Below are positions 1 through 12,023 of a stretch of 20,000 nucleotides of DNA, piece by piece (position 1 is the stretch's first letter; the number at the start of each line of letters is the position of its first letter). Location: NCBI GenBank assembly GCA_008632985.1, contig QPGO01000198.1:118135-138134 (forward strand). Reading direction: 5' to 3'. The notes under the pieces were generated by a model, which had not been told where the DNA came from, did not search any database, and worked only from the letters and a program-made list of their open reading frames with translations. The position numbers and the translations under genes were made by a program. Source of the DNA: Psammoneis japonica (Eukaryota).

Positions 1-1548
1 CATTGACACATCCGGCTGTGATTGAACAGGTGCAGTAGCCGCTTTGCTCTTTCCACCAGGTGAGCTATCAATGTTAATTCGGATGGCCTCTTTTTTTGCT
101 TTGCGCGCATTACCGTTTTGTGCAGCGGGCGATAATACTCGGCTCTTGTCTCTTGATTTGCGAGGCGATGATGAGCCGCTCTTTGTCTTCTTTTCACACG
201 ATCCACTACTACTACTCTGTTTCCTTAATCTCCTAGTAGGCTTTTCCATTATTTCCTTCTTGTTCTTTCTTGTTGGAGAATGTTCTTGAAAGAGTTTGGT
301 CCATCGCTCCGAGACATTGCTCTTGATTCTTCGGTGTTCCGACGTGGCCTTCACCAAAGAGGAATTATTGTTTTCTTCTTCTTGACGCTGTTTGCGCGTC
401 ACCACCATTTCGGAATCACTCCAAGCGCCACAGGGATAAAGCCTCCCTGCACGTCGGCGGGGACTTGCCGCAGAATTGCATTCTCCATCCGAGTCATCAC
501 TGGACAAAAAGGCAGTCGGTATTTTCAAACGTCCCGGGGAGCCTTCTACAGATGAGTTTGGTGACTGAGCCTTTGGAATGACACTACTTGTGCTTGGCGG
601 ACGGGGCGGAGTTTTGAAGCCCAACGACGATACGGACGTTCTTGTAGGAGGCCGAGGCGGGGTTTGATGATGAGCGACTGGCAATTGAGCGGTACGTAGA
701 GGCTTTCGTGGTGGCGTTCCAAGAGGAGGTTTCTTCTCTGTACCGAGAGGAGGTGGTGGTGTCGAGGCTCTCTGTGTCGTCACGACGGGCGGCGATGGTA
801 TTGGGGATGATTCTGGTGTAGACGTCGTAGACTGAATCGGCTTTGTTGGTGTGGTCCTTTTCGTCCATCGTGGGGGAGTCCGTTTGCTAACCTTGAGTGA
901 AGCTCCCTGCTTCTGTTGCGCTTGTTGTTCTAACGACGGTAGCGCAGGTGGCAGAGCCGCATTCACATCCTCCATATTGTAGGAAGATGGCACAGGGGTA
1001 GTATCATTCTCATCCGAGCTCAAATCCTTTTTCATATGCCGTGGAGGTGGAGGAGTAGGTTTCGGAGACGGAACAACAGGAGGAGGCACCGGTAATTCTG
1101 ACTCGGAGGATAGCGACTGTGACTGTGTCAGTGACGGAACTTGTTGCTGTTCCTGTACTAGAGATATCCTTACGTCGTCGTGCATGCCCTTGAGGAGCAT
1201 TTGACCCTTGAAATTGATCAGCTTTCGTTTCTTGGCACTTTTCAACGTCCCCACGAGTGCTTCATAATATTGTTGCGCTTCTTCGTCTTCAAACAACTCT
1301 CCAAAGAGACAGTACGGCTCCTGAGGGTCACCAATACGAACAATATCCAACTGCAACTGCTTCAGTTCTTGCTCGAGTCGATGCTATAATGGGCAATAAT
1401 CGAGAGCTTATACGTGAGAGACATGTCGAATTCAATTGTTCCAAACATGCTTTTCGACAAAACATACCTCATGGTCCTTCACGTGATCCTGCGAAGGTGA
1501 CGGAGTCCAAGAATTTTGTAACGGTGGACTTGATAACTTGCTAGCCAT
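1..1548 (-). CDS. Costars (ABRACL-like) domain protein with long Pro/Ser-rich disordered extension; partial, continues beyond the left edge
   Basis: ATG at 1548; exon 1 1548-1468 (MASKLSSPPLQNSW...); intron 1467-1384 (GTATGT...TATAG); exon 2 1383 to <1 is open for 461 codons. It is missing from the ORF track, probably because it has no stop in the window. Exon 2 begins HRLEQELKQLQLDIVRIG...LFGELFEDEEAQQYYEALVGTLKSAKKRKLINFKGQMLLKGMHDDVRISLVQ, matching the Costars pattern (FG.LF.D...EALVGTLKAAKRRK...G.LLLQG.HDDV.I.L). Confidence 0.88.
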
Positions 1549-2232
1549 ATTGTCACTGTATACTGTATCTATTGCAATCTAATATCCCAAACGTCCTTTC
1601 AAAACTTTAGAAAACAGTACCAGGTCCATCAACAACAACAGCCAACAACCAACATAACAGGCAGAGCATGAAATGCGGTGTCCGTCCTCGCAGAGTCCGT
1701 TGGCACAATGTCCCACGTTCGTATCTATATTCGATTTCGGAGAAATTAGTTTGATGTCAAATTTTTTTTAAATAAGAAAGATTTAGAGAAACATACGTAC
1801 TTGAATACGGGAATGAATTTTTGATACGAGTGAACCTCGTGCCAGACACACAACGTACAGTGTACAGTATGCCATTTTGGATTCAGCGGGGTGTGGGGGG
1901 CACCTCCCTACAATTTTTCTAAGTACATTCTAATGACGCATTCAACACTTGACTGTTCTTTGGGGGAGCGTTCCTTCGTCAAACATTCCCCCGCTCATCA
2001 ATTGGTGAACAACGTGCCAACGCGATCTTGCTTCAACACAGCTTGAAACTTCAACACAAGATCGATCGCTAACTAACAAGAAGATCTGGATCGCAGATCG
2101 AAGCGAACACATTCTGCCTCTCATAAACCCATCATCACAATAAGCAGCATCTGGCAGCTTATTGTTTTGTCGTCTCTTTGTTGAAAACATCTTTTCCAGC
2201 CCAAATTCGTCTAGCTGGCGAATTCCACAAAG

Positions 2233-3818
2233 ATGAAACTTCTTTTGTTGTGTTCCTTCCTCGGCATTGGCATTGCATTCTCATCGCAGTTTTCCGAGCT
2301 CGAACATCGATACCCTCCTCACCAGAAACCTCGCAGTCTTACGGACACGATTATTCCGGTGGAACACAGTGGCGATTTGTACAGTGAAGGTGTCGACATG
2401 CTGATCCTTTCGCAATACATTTACGAGTTGGCGGCTCTGCGAAAGCATGCAAAGAAAAAGAAAGAAACAGACTTGTTGAAGAGCCTCGACGTTAGTAAAG
2501 AACATCCCAAGTGTCTTGCCGAGCTCAATCAGGTGCTCAAGGCGAATCTTCATCACATGTAAGGGTCTACGAGTGCGGTTGTCTATAGCAAGTCTTGTGT
2601 TTCGAGTCTCACATTACTCTTTCTCGAATGATGTTGCGTATATAGTGGCGGCAAGGGCGGGGAACAAGAGGCCATTGATGCTGTTGCTGCCTTTTTGAGT
2701 AGTGAAGATAAGCACGACCAAGAGCTTGTACATGGAACCAAGCACAATCATGATTTGCACGTGTTTGCCGACAAAAAGGACGATGCCAAGGCATCTCGTG
2801 TTCACGGCATTGCCGTGAATAAGAACAGGAAGCGAGTCGAGATTGTGTTTCGCGGAACGGCCAATGTATCACTCAAGAATGCCTGGTGGGATTGGTCCAC
2901 CAACTTGAAAGCGGTATGGAGGGTAAGTAGGAATAGTCTCCAAAGCAGGAAGATGTCATCTGGTCGATATAATAATCTTACAGAGTCCAATTTCTTCTTG
3001 TTGTGACAAAAGAGAAAGGAATCTAATCCTGATACTGATGCAGAAAAGGATGACGTCGTCAACAGTATCTTGGTACACCGGGGCTTTTCCAAAGTCCTTC
3101 TTGGCTCCCGAAAGAGCAAGATGAGGCCCATTGACAAGATTCTACAGGAAGACATCAAGCCGCTTATGCAACCGGGTTACCGGTAAGTAATACAGCGTTG
3201 AGAAAAGAAGAAGAAGAAGAAGTCGTTGTCTGTTTCTAACCATGGTTGCAGATTGTACGTGTCTGGTCATTCGTTGGGAGGTGCGATTGCGACACTTTTT
3301 GGTTTCTACGCGGCCGCGGATCCGGACCTTACCCAAGACGGGCCCGTCACGATTTACACATATGCAGCGCCTCGCGTCGGTGATGCTACCTTTCGAGAAG
3401 CCTGTGGTCATCTCGAGAGACAAGGGAAACTTCGTCATGCTCGTTTCCACAACCAACTGGATAAAGGTGCGTTTTTTTTATACTGGATCAGGCTTTGGAG
3501 CGTTTTCATGTAGGACAATCTCATGTCTCATTCTTAATTTTCTTATTTGTAGTCCCTCAACTACCCTGGTTGGCTGGGCTTTACAAACATGTTGGTATGG
3601 AGGTACGACTTCGAAAGGATGAGCCTCCCATTGTGGATTATCCTGTCAAACGCTCATGGCAGCAATCTGGTCAAGGGGTCGTGAAAAGCGTTAAAGCGTT
3701 ACCACAAGCCTTGAAGAATCATTCCCCCGAAGAAATGATGAAACGATTCAAAAAGGCCAAGGACGCTTTTCTCAAATCGACGCTGGAGCACGAATACCGT
3801 GCCATGTGGGGAATTTGA
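2233..3818 (+). CDS. Secreted class 3 (fungal-type) lipase, alpha/beta hydrolase, 5 exons
   Basis: Exons 2233-2558, 2646-2922, 3013-3182, 3252-3466 and 3553-3818 join in frame across GT-AG introns. Signal peptide MKLLLLCSFLGIGIAFS. Motifs IVFRGT, VHRGF, nucleophile elbow YVSGHSLGGA, YTYAAPRVGD, HNQLDKVPQLP (catalytic Asp), YKHVG and KNHSP (probable catalytic His). Confidence 0.93.
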
Positions 3819-4140
3819 GCAAAGATGGATCCAAAATAAAGTACAGTGGGCGCTGCATTTGTGAATGCTGGTGTGTCAAGGATAGTGCTCGCAAAAACAC
3901 GTCGGGACTAAGTACTTCCCATGGATTCGTGCAGCTCTCGTGCCAGGCCAAATCAAATCACCTTTAAAAAGAAAATTAGGGGGTTTGTACCTGTCCTTTT
4001 AGTAATTTACGACTAACTTAGCTAAATATTTTTTCCGGAGCACGCTGTCCTCTCTTCTTTGTACTTCAATCGCTTTGCTTCTGAGTTCCCGTGGTAAGGA
4101 AGGTGAAAAACTTAATGTATCAACTCTATTTCTTTCTCTT

Positions 4141-6573
4141 TCATAGTTGAACCACTTCGGCACTCTTGTCACCGAAGAGCTCCCCGGCCTTCTTGTCATC
4201 GACAACAACAAGCCAGTCGCGCTTTTTTCTTTTGCTGCCTGACGTGGACTTGTTGCGTCCGCGGCGACCATTCCTGAGGTCGCAGAGGCAGCAGAATCCG
4301 CGGGCATCTGAACAAGTAGTCGCAGACAAGGTCGATAATCGGAAACGAGTGTGTCCTGTAGTGTCTTCCATTCGGTGTGAAGTTCTTCCGACAGCTTCTG
4401 AGATACTTTTTCCTTCTTTGGCTTTCCCCGGCTCTCATGATAAAGTTTCGATGGAACAAGGGTTCGAAGCGCATCTTGTTGATTACTCACGGCAGAAACG
4501 TACTTGGACTGCACTATACAGGTGCGAAAGTCGCCATAGTCTAGGCGGTTTCGCAACAAGAAGATCAAATCGGGGCCAATGTTATCATCTGGATAGCAGA
4601 AAGGAGCAACTTGACCCTCGAACTTGGAACTGACTGACTTTGCAACCCAATCGATCGTTTTTCTAATACTCTCACTGGTGTCAACACAGAGCACGCCATA
4701 CGCCGACCTCCTTGAAATGTCGTAGGCCTCCAAAGCCGAACCGCCTTCCTCCAAATGTGAATTCAGGAAATTGTGCAGTCTGTCCTTCTCCATCAACAGA
4801 CCAGGCAACAGCAACCTCTCAAACCCTTCGCCGAGGCCACCTTCTTCCTGTTTCTTCAAATTTTCTCGGAGGTGGTGGTCGAGGTCGAAAAAATTGATCC
4901 CAGCTTGAACGACGACAGGTTCGTCGAGATGCCCTTTTATGCTGGTCCCTTGTCGATCAGTTTCGCAAACTGCAGCCACGCCATTTTCGATCAGCGCTTT
5001 TGCAGAAGCATCAGCAAACGGATGCGGTTTCTGGCCAACGGCAAAACGGCACACCGCATGCTCTAGGTCGTCCACTACCCGCCTAAGCAACTGGTTCATG
5101 CTCGATTCAGTGCCGGAACATTTGCGATCCACCCTTGCAAAGCAAGCATGCGCCGAAGTTTCGCCGGCAGTCCATGACTCTCGTCGGTTGTTTTCTTGAT
5201 CTGCACGCGTCATGACGTTCAAATGTCGATCCAAGGCTTCAATCAGTTTGGCACCCATGTCCTCGAAACTACCTTGAGTTCTCCACACTTGATTCGAGTG
5301 ACTTTTGTTCTCCCGTCGACTGGAGTGTGCTTCCAAAAAGCCAGCAGCCCATCTTGGTCGTCCACGAAGCCAGTTGGCGATGTGCGTCATGACATCATCG
5401 CGCACGCCAGATGGATCAAGCATTTGTTTGGCGCAGGCATTCTTTGACCTCTTCTACACTGAGCAACCTGAAACCCACGAAGAAGAGGCTTGCACTGTCA
5501 CCGAGCGATTTTCCCACAATGGACAGCGTCTGTTCGGAAAGTTGGTCCAATGCGAGACCTGTGCCCGAGAACACTGGAAAGTGCAAATCCTTTCGCATCT
5601 TGGACAAACAACCAAATCCCCCCACAATGGCAGAGAAAGCTGACCTGGCCTGCATGCCATTTCTGCTCAGAAATTTCATCTTGTTGAGCTCCAAGAGTGC
5701 TTGTGCTTCGTCAACAAAGATGGACCAAACTTTCTTTGTGGAGGCACAATGATCGAAGCGAACAGCTCCATTGACGCGGTCTTCATCACACTTCTCCATG
5801 GCATCGTAAAATGTGTCCCCGCCAAGCAGTCTTTCTGGAAATGTTTGATGCAGCAACCACTCGCGCGGAGTCATGTCCCTCTTCAAAATTTTGTTCAGTT
5901 CCTCATGGACAACATGCCGGACAAAAAGGAGCACCGACAGTCGCTCTTGAATTGTGGTGCGATTCTTGTCGTTCGTGCTTCGTGCGGGTGTCATTCGCCT
6001 CTGGCAAATCGCAGTCCAAAACATGCAGGAGATCCCGTGAACCTGGGTTTCTGCAAAAGTCGTCCACCAAAAAGTAGAACCCCTTCTCACGGCTCAGACA
6101 TTCAAAGATGGTGCGGGTCTTTCCAGCACCGGATGTGCCACAGAGAAATGTCGGTCCTTCTTCTTGCGCTCTGCAAATGTGTTGGTGGCCCTCGGGTTGA
6201 GAATGGTGCACTGTGTTGTGTCCACTGTTGTCTGCCAGACCCTGCAGAAGAGAAGGCATGGACGCGACGTTGACATGAAGCCTTCCTGCTGTCCAAGGGA
6301 GTGCCGCAATGGAACATTCTCGCGCTGGGGCTTCCACAGTGACGCCAACAAGGCGTCTCGTTGGGGCTCAAAAAATTCCAGCTGTGGTCCATTGACACTG
6401 ATGCTTTCTTCATGCTCCTGGAGGCAGGCTGCCACGAAGACCTTCACCGTGTCCGCAACCTCTTTCTTCTCCACACCCATCTTAAGATCCTCGTTTGAGC
6501 GGTTGGGTGCTGTTGGTTCAGCAGAAGAAAGTGGGTTGCTGTTGCGTTGGAGCAAGTGGCGTTGCTTTGTCAA
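4141..6573 (-). pseudogene. Crinkler/CR-effector-type P-loop NTPase + PD-(D/E)xK restriction-endonuclease-fold protein; frameshifted, 5' half hypermutated
   Basis: Successive minus frames give Walker A GTSGAGKT (6116-6139), Walker B IFVDEAQ (5701-5721), FSGTGL, WLRGRPRW, then the REase motif YPDDNIGPDLIF...IVQSKY (~4497-4595) and a C-terminal DWLVVVDDKKAGELFG...VVQL* ending at 4141. At least four frameshifts (~6270, ~5980, ~5425, ~4260). The 5' end is uncertain. Confidence 0.75.
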
Positions 6574-6622
6574 CGTTCACTGGGTCATTCTGTTGTTCTT
6601 TCTTGTTTCTTGCTTTCCCCAG

Positions 6623-8830
6623 GTTTTCCCACTTCTCCAAAATCGAGCAATGCAACATTCAAGCACAGACATGTGTCAAAATCGAATCAGCAATCAACTG
6701 TGGGCATCCGTTCATCGCGTTTGTGATCGCAATCCCGCCCGAGGGAACCATCGCACGGTCGTTTGTGCACCACAGTCAAGTGGTGAACGCCACTTTTCAG
6801 TGTGATGGGAGGGGTGATTTTGCAAAGCATTCGTGATTGCTTCACTGTGGAATTCAGAAGTTTTTTCAGCATGTTTGCGACTCAGAAGAGACGCAGAATC
6901 CCACCGGAGTGGAGGTGATTGAGCACCTTGATCCGGTGGAACAGAATCTGCGGCACCCAACGCTGGATGTCATTGGGGACGGGTGCAATCCGGCAGATTT
7001 TCTGAGTGAGAACAAGCTTTCAATGTTGGTCAACAACATGGACCACTCATGTGAGGATGCTGAAGTGCATCTCACGGCGGAGCTAGAACAGAATCAGGAG
7101 CTGTTCGATGCCGAGGTGCACCTGGAGCAGCGCTGTTTTGGCAGGTGCTGTCTCTAGAGAGTTGACAGCATGCGGTGCTGTGGTGTCTGTGTCATCCCAC
7201 TGGTGCATCAAATTGGCATTTCATGCCACAGTCGGGCCAAAAGAAGCGATTCAACAGCTCAGTCTAGAAAGTTTTAGCGGTGGCGCGCGAACAAAAAATG
7301 CGTGGAAGCAGTGCCACAATGTGCGGCCCAAAAAGAATGACACGGCATTCCGTTGTGGACAATTGTTGGTTGCCGGAGGAAGCACAACAGACAGGGGAAA
7401 CAAGCATGGTGAAGAGACGACGCAAGCAAAGAGACCGACACTGATGCAAGTGCCGGAGAGAGATGCAAGGACAGCAATCCAACGACATTGCAAGGGCGCA
7501 AAAGAGAGAACAGATCCATTTGAGTTAGTGCCATGTCTTCAACAAAAAAAGAACAATGCAAGACAACATTGGCATGCACAAAAACTCACACAGAGAAGCA
7601 CCACACCAGCGCCAGAAAAATGACCACATCTGCGGTGAGATGCAACAGCACAAGGAGGTGAGAACACACTTTTCTACCAGCGCAATGCAACAACGAGCAA
7701 ATGGGCAATGGAAACTCACCAGTGGGAGCAAAACTTGGGCTGTCTGGATTGCCAATGGCGGGCAGGGAGGAAAGAAGTCTGCTGGTTCCACGGAGCATGA
7801 TGACAAAAGCACGCAGCAGATTGGCATGAGCTTTGGCAGAAAGTGGGTGCTTGGGCTTGAGTGACTTGTCCAGTGCACACAAATCATGGCAGCAGCTTGG
7901 AGAATGGAGGCAGTGCTGTGGTGGGATGGCATGGGCCGGGGAGAGAAGAGGTGTTGCGGCAGAACGGCGTGGAATGGGGACGGAGCCAAAAACAGTGATG
8001 GTGTCGGTGCAGACCCATGGACATCAATGTCCCCATCTTCGAGTCCTGTGCATCAACACACACAGGGCAAGGACATTCAAGGTGAGTGCCGTTGCAAACG
8101 AGAACAGGAAAAAGACGCAAGACCATTCCCACGAGAATCAGAACTCACCATGTTTTTGTTCATTCTGACTCATTCTAGAGCCAGGGCTCACTCACACAGC
8201 ACAACCCAATGGAGCATGTGACACTGTCAAGCAAGGTGGGGGTTGGGAGGCAGTGTTGTCCCGGTCAAATTGGCCATGAGCGCCATTGTCGGAGGGAGTG
8301 GCGGTTGTCGATCGGCTGCTCAGAAAAATTGTGAGCCATCAACTTGAACGCGCACAGCTCGGAGTCACACAAATTCTGTTGGCAATGCAAATTGCACACA
8401 AAAAGTGCATCAGCACAAAAATGTGCAGAAGGTCTGCAAGTGGAATTGCACTGCCATCTCTGTGGCCCACACAAGGATTCTGCCATTAAAACACACCAGC
8501 ATGCACAATTTCACGTGGGTGGATTTGAGTCGTTCGTGCTAATTTTTTCAAATGTGGACCGCATGAATGGGCCAGCAATGGGAATCGAACCTGTGCACAT
8601 CACCTGGAGCTGGAACAGCCCCCCAATTCTTGGTGGTCGTGGCAGTGTTTGTTCACTTTGTCAGAGCCAATGTGCTGTGATGCTCAGACACCTGGAATGG
8701 GCATCATGAATGGTGTGGTGCAGTCATTGCGATTGATCAATTTTTGTGGCAAGCACCATGTTGGTCTTGTGGTTGCTCACGCAATCACTGAGTTCTTTGT
8801 GTGCATGTGTGCATTTACGAGCATGAACTG
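6623..8830 (+). pseudogene. Degenerate intron-containing gene of unknown family
   Basis: Candidate acceptor TTTCCCCAG at 6622. ORFs 6495-6836 and 6837-7157 are one frame split by a single TGA. With H/C read as Y and TGA as CGA, it reads like protein (AKYSRLLYYGIQKFFQYVYDSEE...AEVYLEQRYFGRYYL). It continues through frameshifts (7108-7623, 7833-8081), a clean intron 8082-8178 (GTGAGT...CTGAC..TTCTAG) and ORF pieces to ~8830. Confidence 0.55.
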
Positions 8831-9661
8831 AGTGCTCTTGTGGACCAGAGCAGTGATCCGTTAAGATGATGCATTGTTTGGATGCAACATGTTTGATCAC
8901 AGGAATGCAATGTGTTGGCTGAGTGCACAAACATTCAGGTGATGGTGTGGTGGCAGGCACTGTTGGATGCATGATGCACCACTGAGAGACGAATGTCTGA
9001 ATGTGTCAATCGACAGTTTTGCATCAATTGGTGCAAACAATGACACTGAACGGTGACCCGGCATGCTCGCAGGTTCATCAGCCAGTGGCATTTGCTGAAG
9101 CAAACTGCACACCACACATTTTCCCTCACAAAACTGTTTGTTTGCACACCAAAACGCAAAACAGCACTCTGATGCACCATGGCCACTGCTGCAGCCTTTG
9201 CAGCTGCTCTTGCGCGCTGTGTTGCCCACCAAGGTTTCACCACTGTTGAAAACCTGGAACAGGCCCCATTGACCAAAGTCAGTGACATGCTCAAGGGCAT
9301 CATGAAAGCAGCTGACCCCACTGTCAATCCCCAAGTGTGCTCCCCCCACATGGTGAATCACAAGCTCAAGGCTCTGCGTGCATGGGCTGATCACAGGAGA
9401 GCCCGAAACCAAGAACCCATGCCACCAGCCACTTTTGGTGGTTGCATTGTTGCCAAGTGTGGACAGAGCGCCTCATGGAATTGGAGCAACTCAAGTTGGC
9501 AGACTTGGACAATGACGCCAGTGCCGCCATGGAGCTCAAGCATCTGTGCGACTGGGTGGCCGACCTTCCAGGAGCTGTTGGAGACTGGAGACCGAGCTGC
9601 GACATCGCTGCACAATGCCATTGCTGGTGTCTCCCTTGTCTGCCTCATTCAGGAACATTGA
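8829..9661 (+). mobile_element. Truncated Ty1/copia (CoDi-like) LTR retrotransposon: putative 5' LTR, PBS and gag N-terminus
   Basis: Candidate LTR from TG at 8829 to ...CATCA at 9026, followed by ATTGGTG (PBS-like). ORF from ATG 9179 has SPHMVNHKLKALRAWADHRRARNQEP and WPTFQELLET...AGVSLVCLIQEH, resembling diatom CoDi gag motifs as I recall them (KLKA.R.W; W..F.E....YL....G..G.PL.Y.IR). No pol or second LTR is visible. The LTR left edge is uncertain. Confidence 0.62.
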
Positions 9662-9920
9662 TGCACTGCAGTGTCAAATGTCCTCTCTGGATCATGCAGA
9701 AGAAGCTGTGGATGCGGGGTTGCCCCATGGAGTGCCGCAATGTGGGACATTCTCCCGCTGGGGCTTCCACAGCAACATGCCACAACAAGGCGTCTTGAAG
9801 GGGCTCAAAAGCTTCCAGCTGCGGTCCATTGACACTGACACACTTTCTTCATGCTCCTGGAGGCAGGCTGCCACGAAGACCTTCGCGGTGTCCGCAACCT
9901 CTTTCTTCTTCGCATCCATC
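9660..9920 (-). pseudogene. Paralogous fragment of the N-terminal region of the NTPase-REase gene
   Basis: Aligns directly with ~6205-6482, e.g. the shared CTTTCTTCATGCTCCTGGAGGCAGGCTGCCACGAAGACCTTC...GTGTCCGCAACCTCTTTCTTCT. Proteins: KKKEVADTAKVFVAACLQEHEES vs EKKEVADTVKVFVAACLQEHEES; both have LWKPQRENVP. Confidence 0.9.
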
Positions 9921-10377
9921 CATCGCACTGTCATTCACCAGTGCTGCTGTGCACTGCTGCCTGTTGGCGTTCAGTCAGTTGCACATTGCGCACTTGCTTC
10001 GAGCTCAGTCAATTTTTTCCATCGATCGTGTCACGCAGACTCTGTGTGACATGCAGTGTGTGGCTGACGCGTTTTCTGCGATCTTTTGCTTTAGAATTGA
10101 ACACACTTTTTATCAAGTTGCGCGCAGACTTTGGCGGCCACAGAAGGAGGAAAGGTGGGCGATTGATGGAAAAAGGTGATGGGCCAATGTGGGCAAGGAG
10201 GGGGGCAGCAGAGCAAGGTGACAGGCTTGTTGCTGTGGTGTGGCAAATGTTGAGTGTTGGCACTCTGGTTGTCTGTTGACAAAATCAGAAAGAACAAGGG
10301 CCCAACAGGCGAGTGCCAGCTGCAGCGCCATCATGCCTCCTGGAGATCCAGGACATTTGGCACAACCTGAGTTGTGG

Positions 10378-10608
10378 NNNNNNNNNNNNNNNNNNNNNNN
10401 NNNNNNNNNNNNNNNNNNNNNNNNNNNNNNNNNNNNNNNNNNNNNNNNNNNNNNNNNNNNNNNNNNNNNNNNNNNNNNNNNNNNNNNNNNNNNNNNNNNN
10501 NNNNNNNNNNNNNNNNNNNNNNNNNNNNNNNNNNNNNNNNNNNNNNNNNNNNNNNNNNNNNNNNNNNNNNNNNNNNNNNNNNNNNNNNNNNNNNNNNNNN
10601 NNNNNNNN
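10378..10608. other. Assembly gap (N run)
   Basis: 231 consecutive N. Confidence 1.
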
Positions 10609-12023
10609 AAAGGCAAAGTCAAGCCACAAAGACTCTTCTTGTGCTCAAAGCAATGTGAAATGAAAAGCAAAGAGGGGGGCCTTGCTGGGGCGGAAGAGAA
10701 GTCCCGGCTCGGTCCACTCGCCAGGACGAGCTGGTTGTTTGTTTTGCAGTGGGCTCAATTTTGACATCAAAGCAGTTGAGAGCAAACTCCAGATGCAGTT
10801 TTGACATGAAATGACCAGTTTCTCAAGGATTTTCCTTCACCCAGTTTGTGCTGTGGTGCGAGTGCTGTGTGTGGACAGCAGCTGCAGCTCGGGAGGGGCA
10901 GCGCCAGGTGGCAACCCAGGTGCATCAGCTTGCTCTTCAAAAGAGCTGCAGCCACAACTTGACAAACCCAGATGGCAGTTGCCAGAAACAGATCTCTTGC
11001 TTGAAGTGAAGCTGCTGCTGAGTTGTTTTTGCACATGAAGAAAAACAACAAGAAAGCTCATTTCCAGCTGTGCCAGCGGGGCTGCTGGGTTTGCACGTGA
11101 GAGCAGGGGTCGTGCTGCAAGCTGGGGTGAGCAAAGTCACTGGAGACAACTCAAACTGGGGTCATGTGCATGATCTTGAAAAAAGGAAACAGGAGCACTG
11201 GATCAAAAGAAGAGAAAAAAAGCGCTGCACAGGCAAGGGCAGCACCCTGCCGAGGCAGCAAAAAGCACGCCAATTGGCTTTGCTCCCCAGATGCACCAGC
11301 TGCTCCCCTGCAAAAGAGTTTTGTCATTGCTGTGTTTTCTGTCTTGTTCTTGTCATCAAAGTTTTGCATGCACTGGACAAGCTGATGATTTGAACAAGGT
11401 GCTGAAGCAACACACAAACATGGAGTGTGCGCGCATGGAAGTGGGCCGCATTTTGTGAAGGAGTTTCTGGCAATGCAGAGCAGCAGAGAACCTGCTGTGC
11501 AATTTAAAACCACACACAGATGAGTCATGGTGAGGCACTGAAAAGTGTGGCAGAGCAAACTGGCGAGAAGGGAACAAACTGCAAAGCATGGTTGTGGTGT
11601 GCAAGCACAAAACTCTTTTTCTGTGTTCTGCATTTTTGATGCACTGGCCGAAGGACTGCTTCAATCTTGACATCTCTCAGGCTTTGCTTCTGACAAAGTG
11701 ATGAGGATTCCAATGTTTGTGCCATTGGCTGCAGGCATCCCGTCGCCTGTCATTGTTTTGTCTTTCGCTGGTGCGAACACAGTGGCACAACACAACGTGC
11801 ACATGGCCAGATGGGTGTTGTGTCATTTTTAAGGGGCCCAAGTGTTGTTTTGTTGGTCTCATGTGATGTTTTGTCAGTGGGCATTGCATTTGTGTGTTTT
11901 GGCCAATCAGAAAACTCTTCCTAAGATTTGCGACATTTTCGTCAAAGGAAAAGAATAAATGAAATGCTCTTTCTTTTGTCGCAACGACAAATTGCAATTG
12001 GCCACATCCCTGCTTGTCATTTG

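Noticed and set aside
44..1544. Short plus-strand ORFs and minus ORF 584-868
   Set aside because: Antisense or alternate-frame shadows of the Costars-domain gene.
1885..1912. G-rich imperfect hairpin AGCGGGGTGTGGGGGGCACCTCCCTACA between the divergent genes
   Set aside because: It resembles a small-repeat remnant, but it is a single short imperfect copy with no definable element ends.
3999..4260. C-terminus of ORF 3999-5423 as called by the ORF track
   Set aside because: The more family-like C-terminus (DWLVVVDDKKAGELFG) lies in another frame ending at 4141, so the tail to 3999 is probably frameshift read-through.
10609..11700. Possible gene or transposon fragment right of the N gap
   Set aside because: Too heavily mutated; no motif or consistent reading frame could be recognised.
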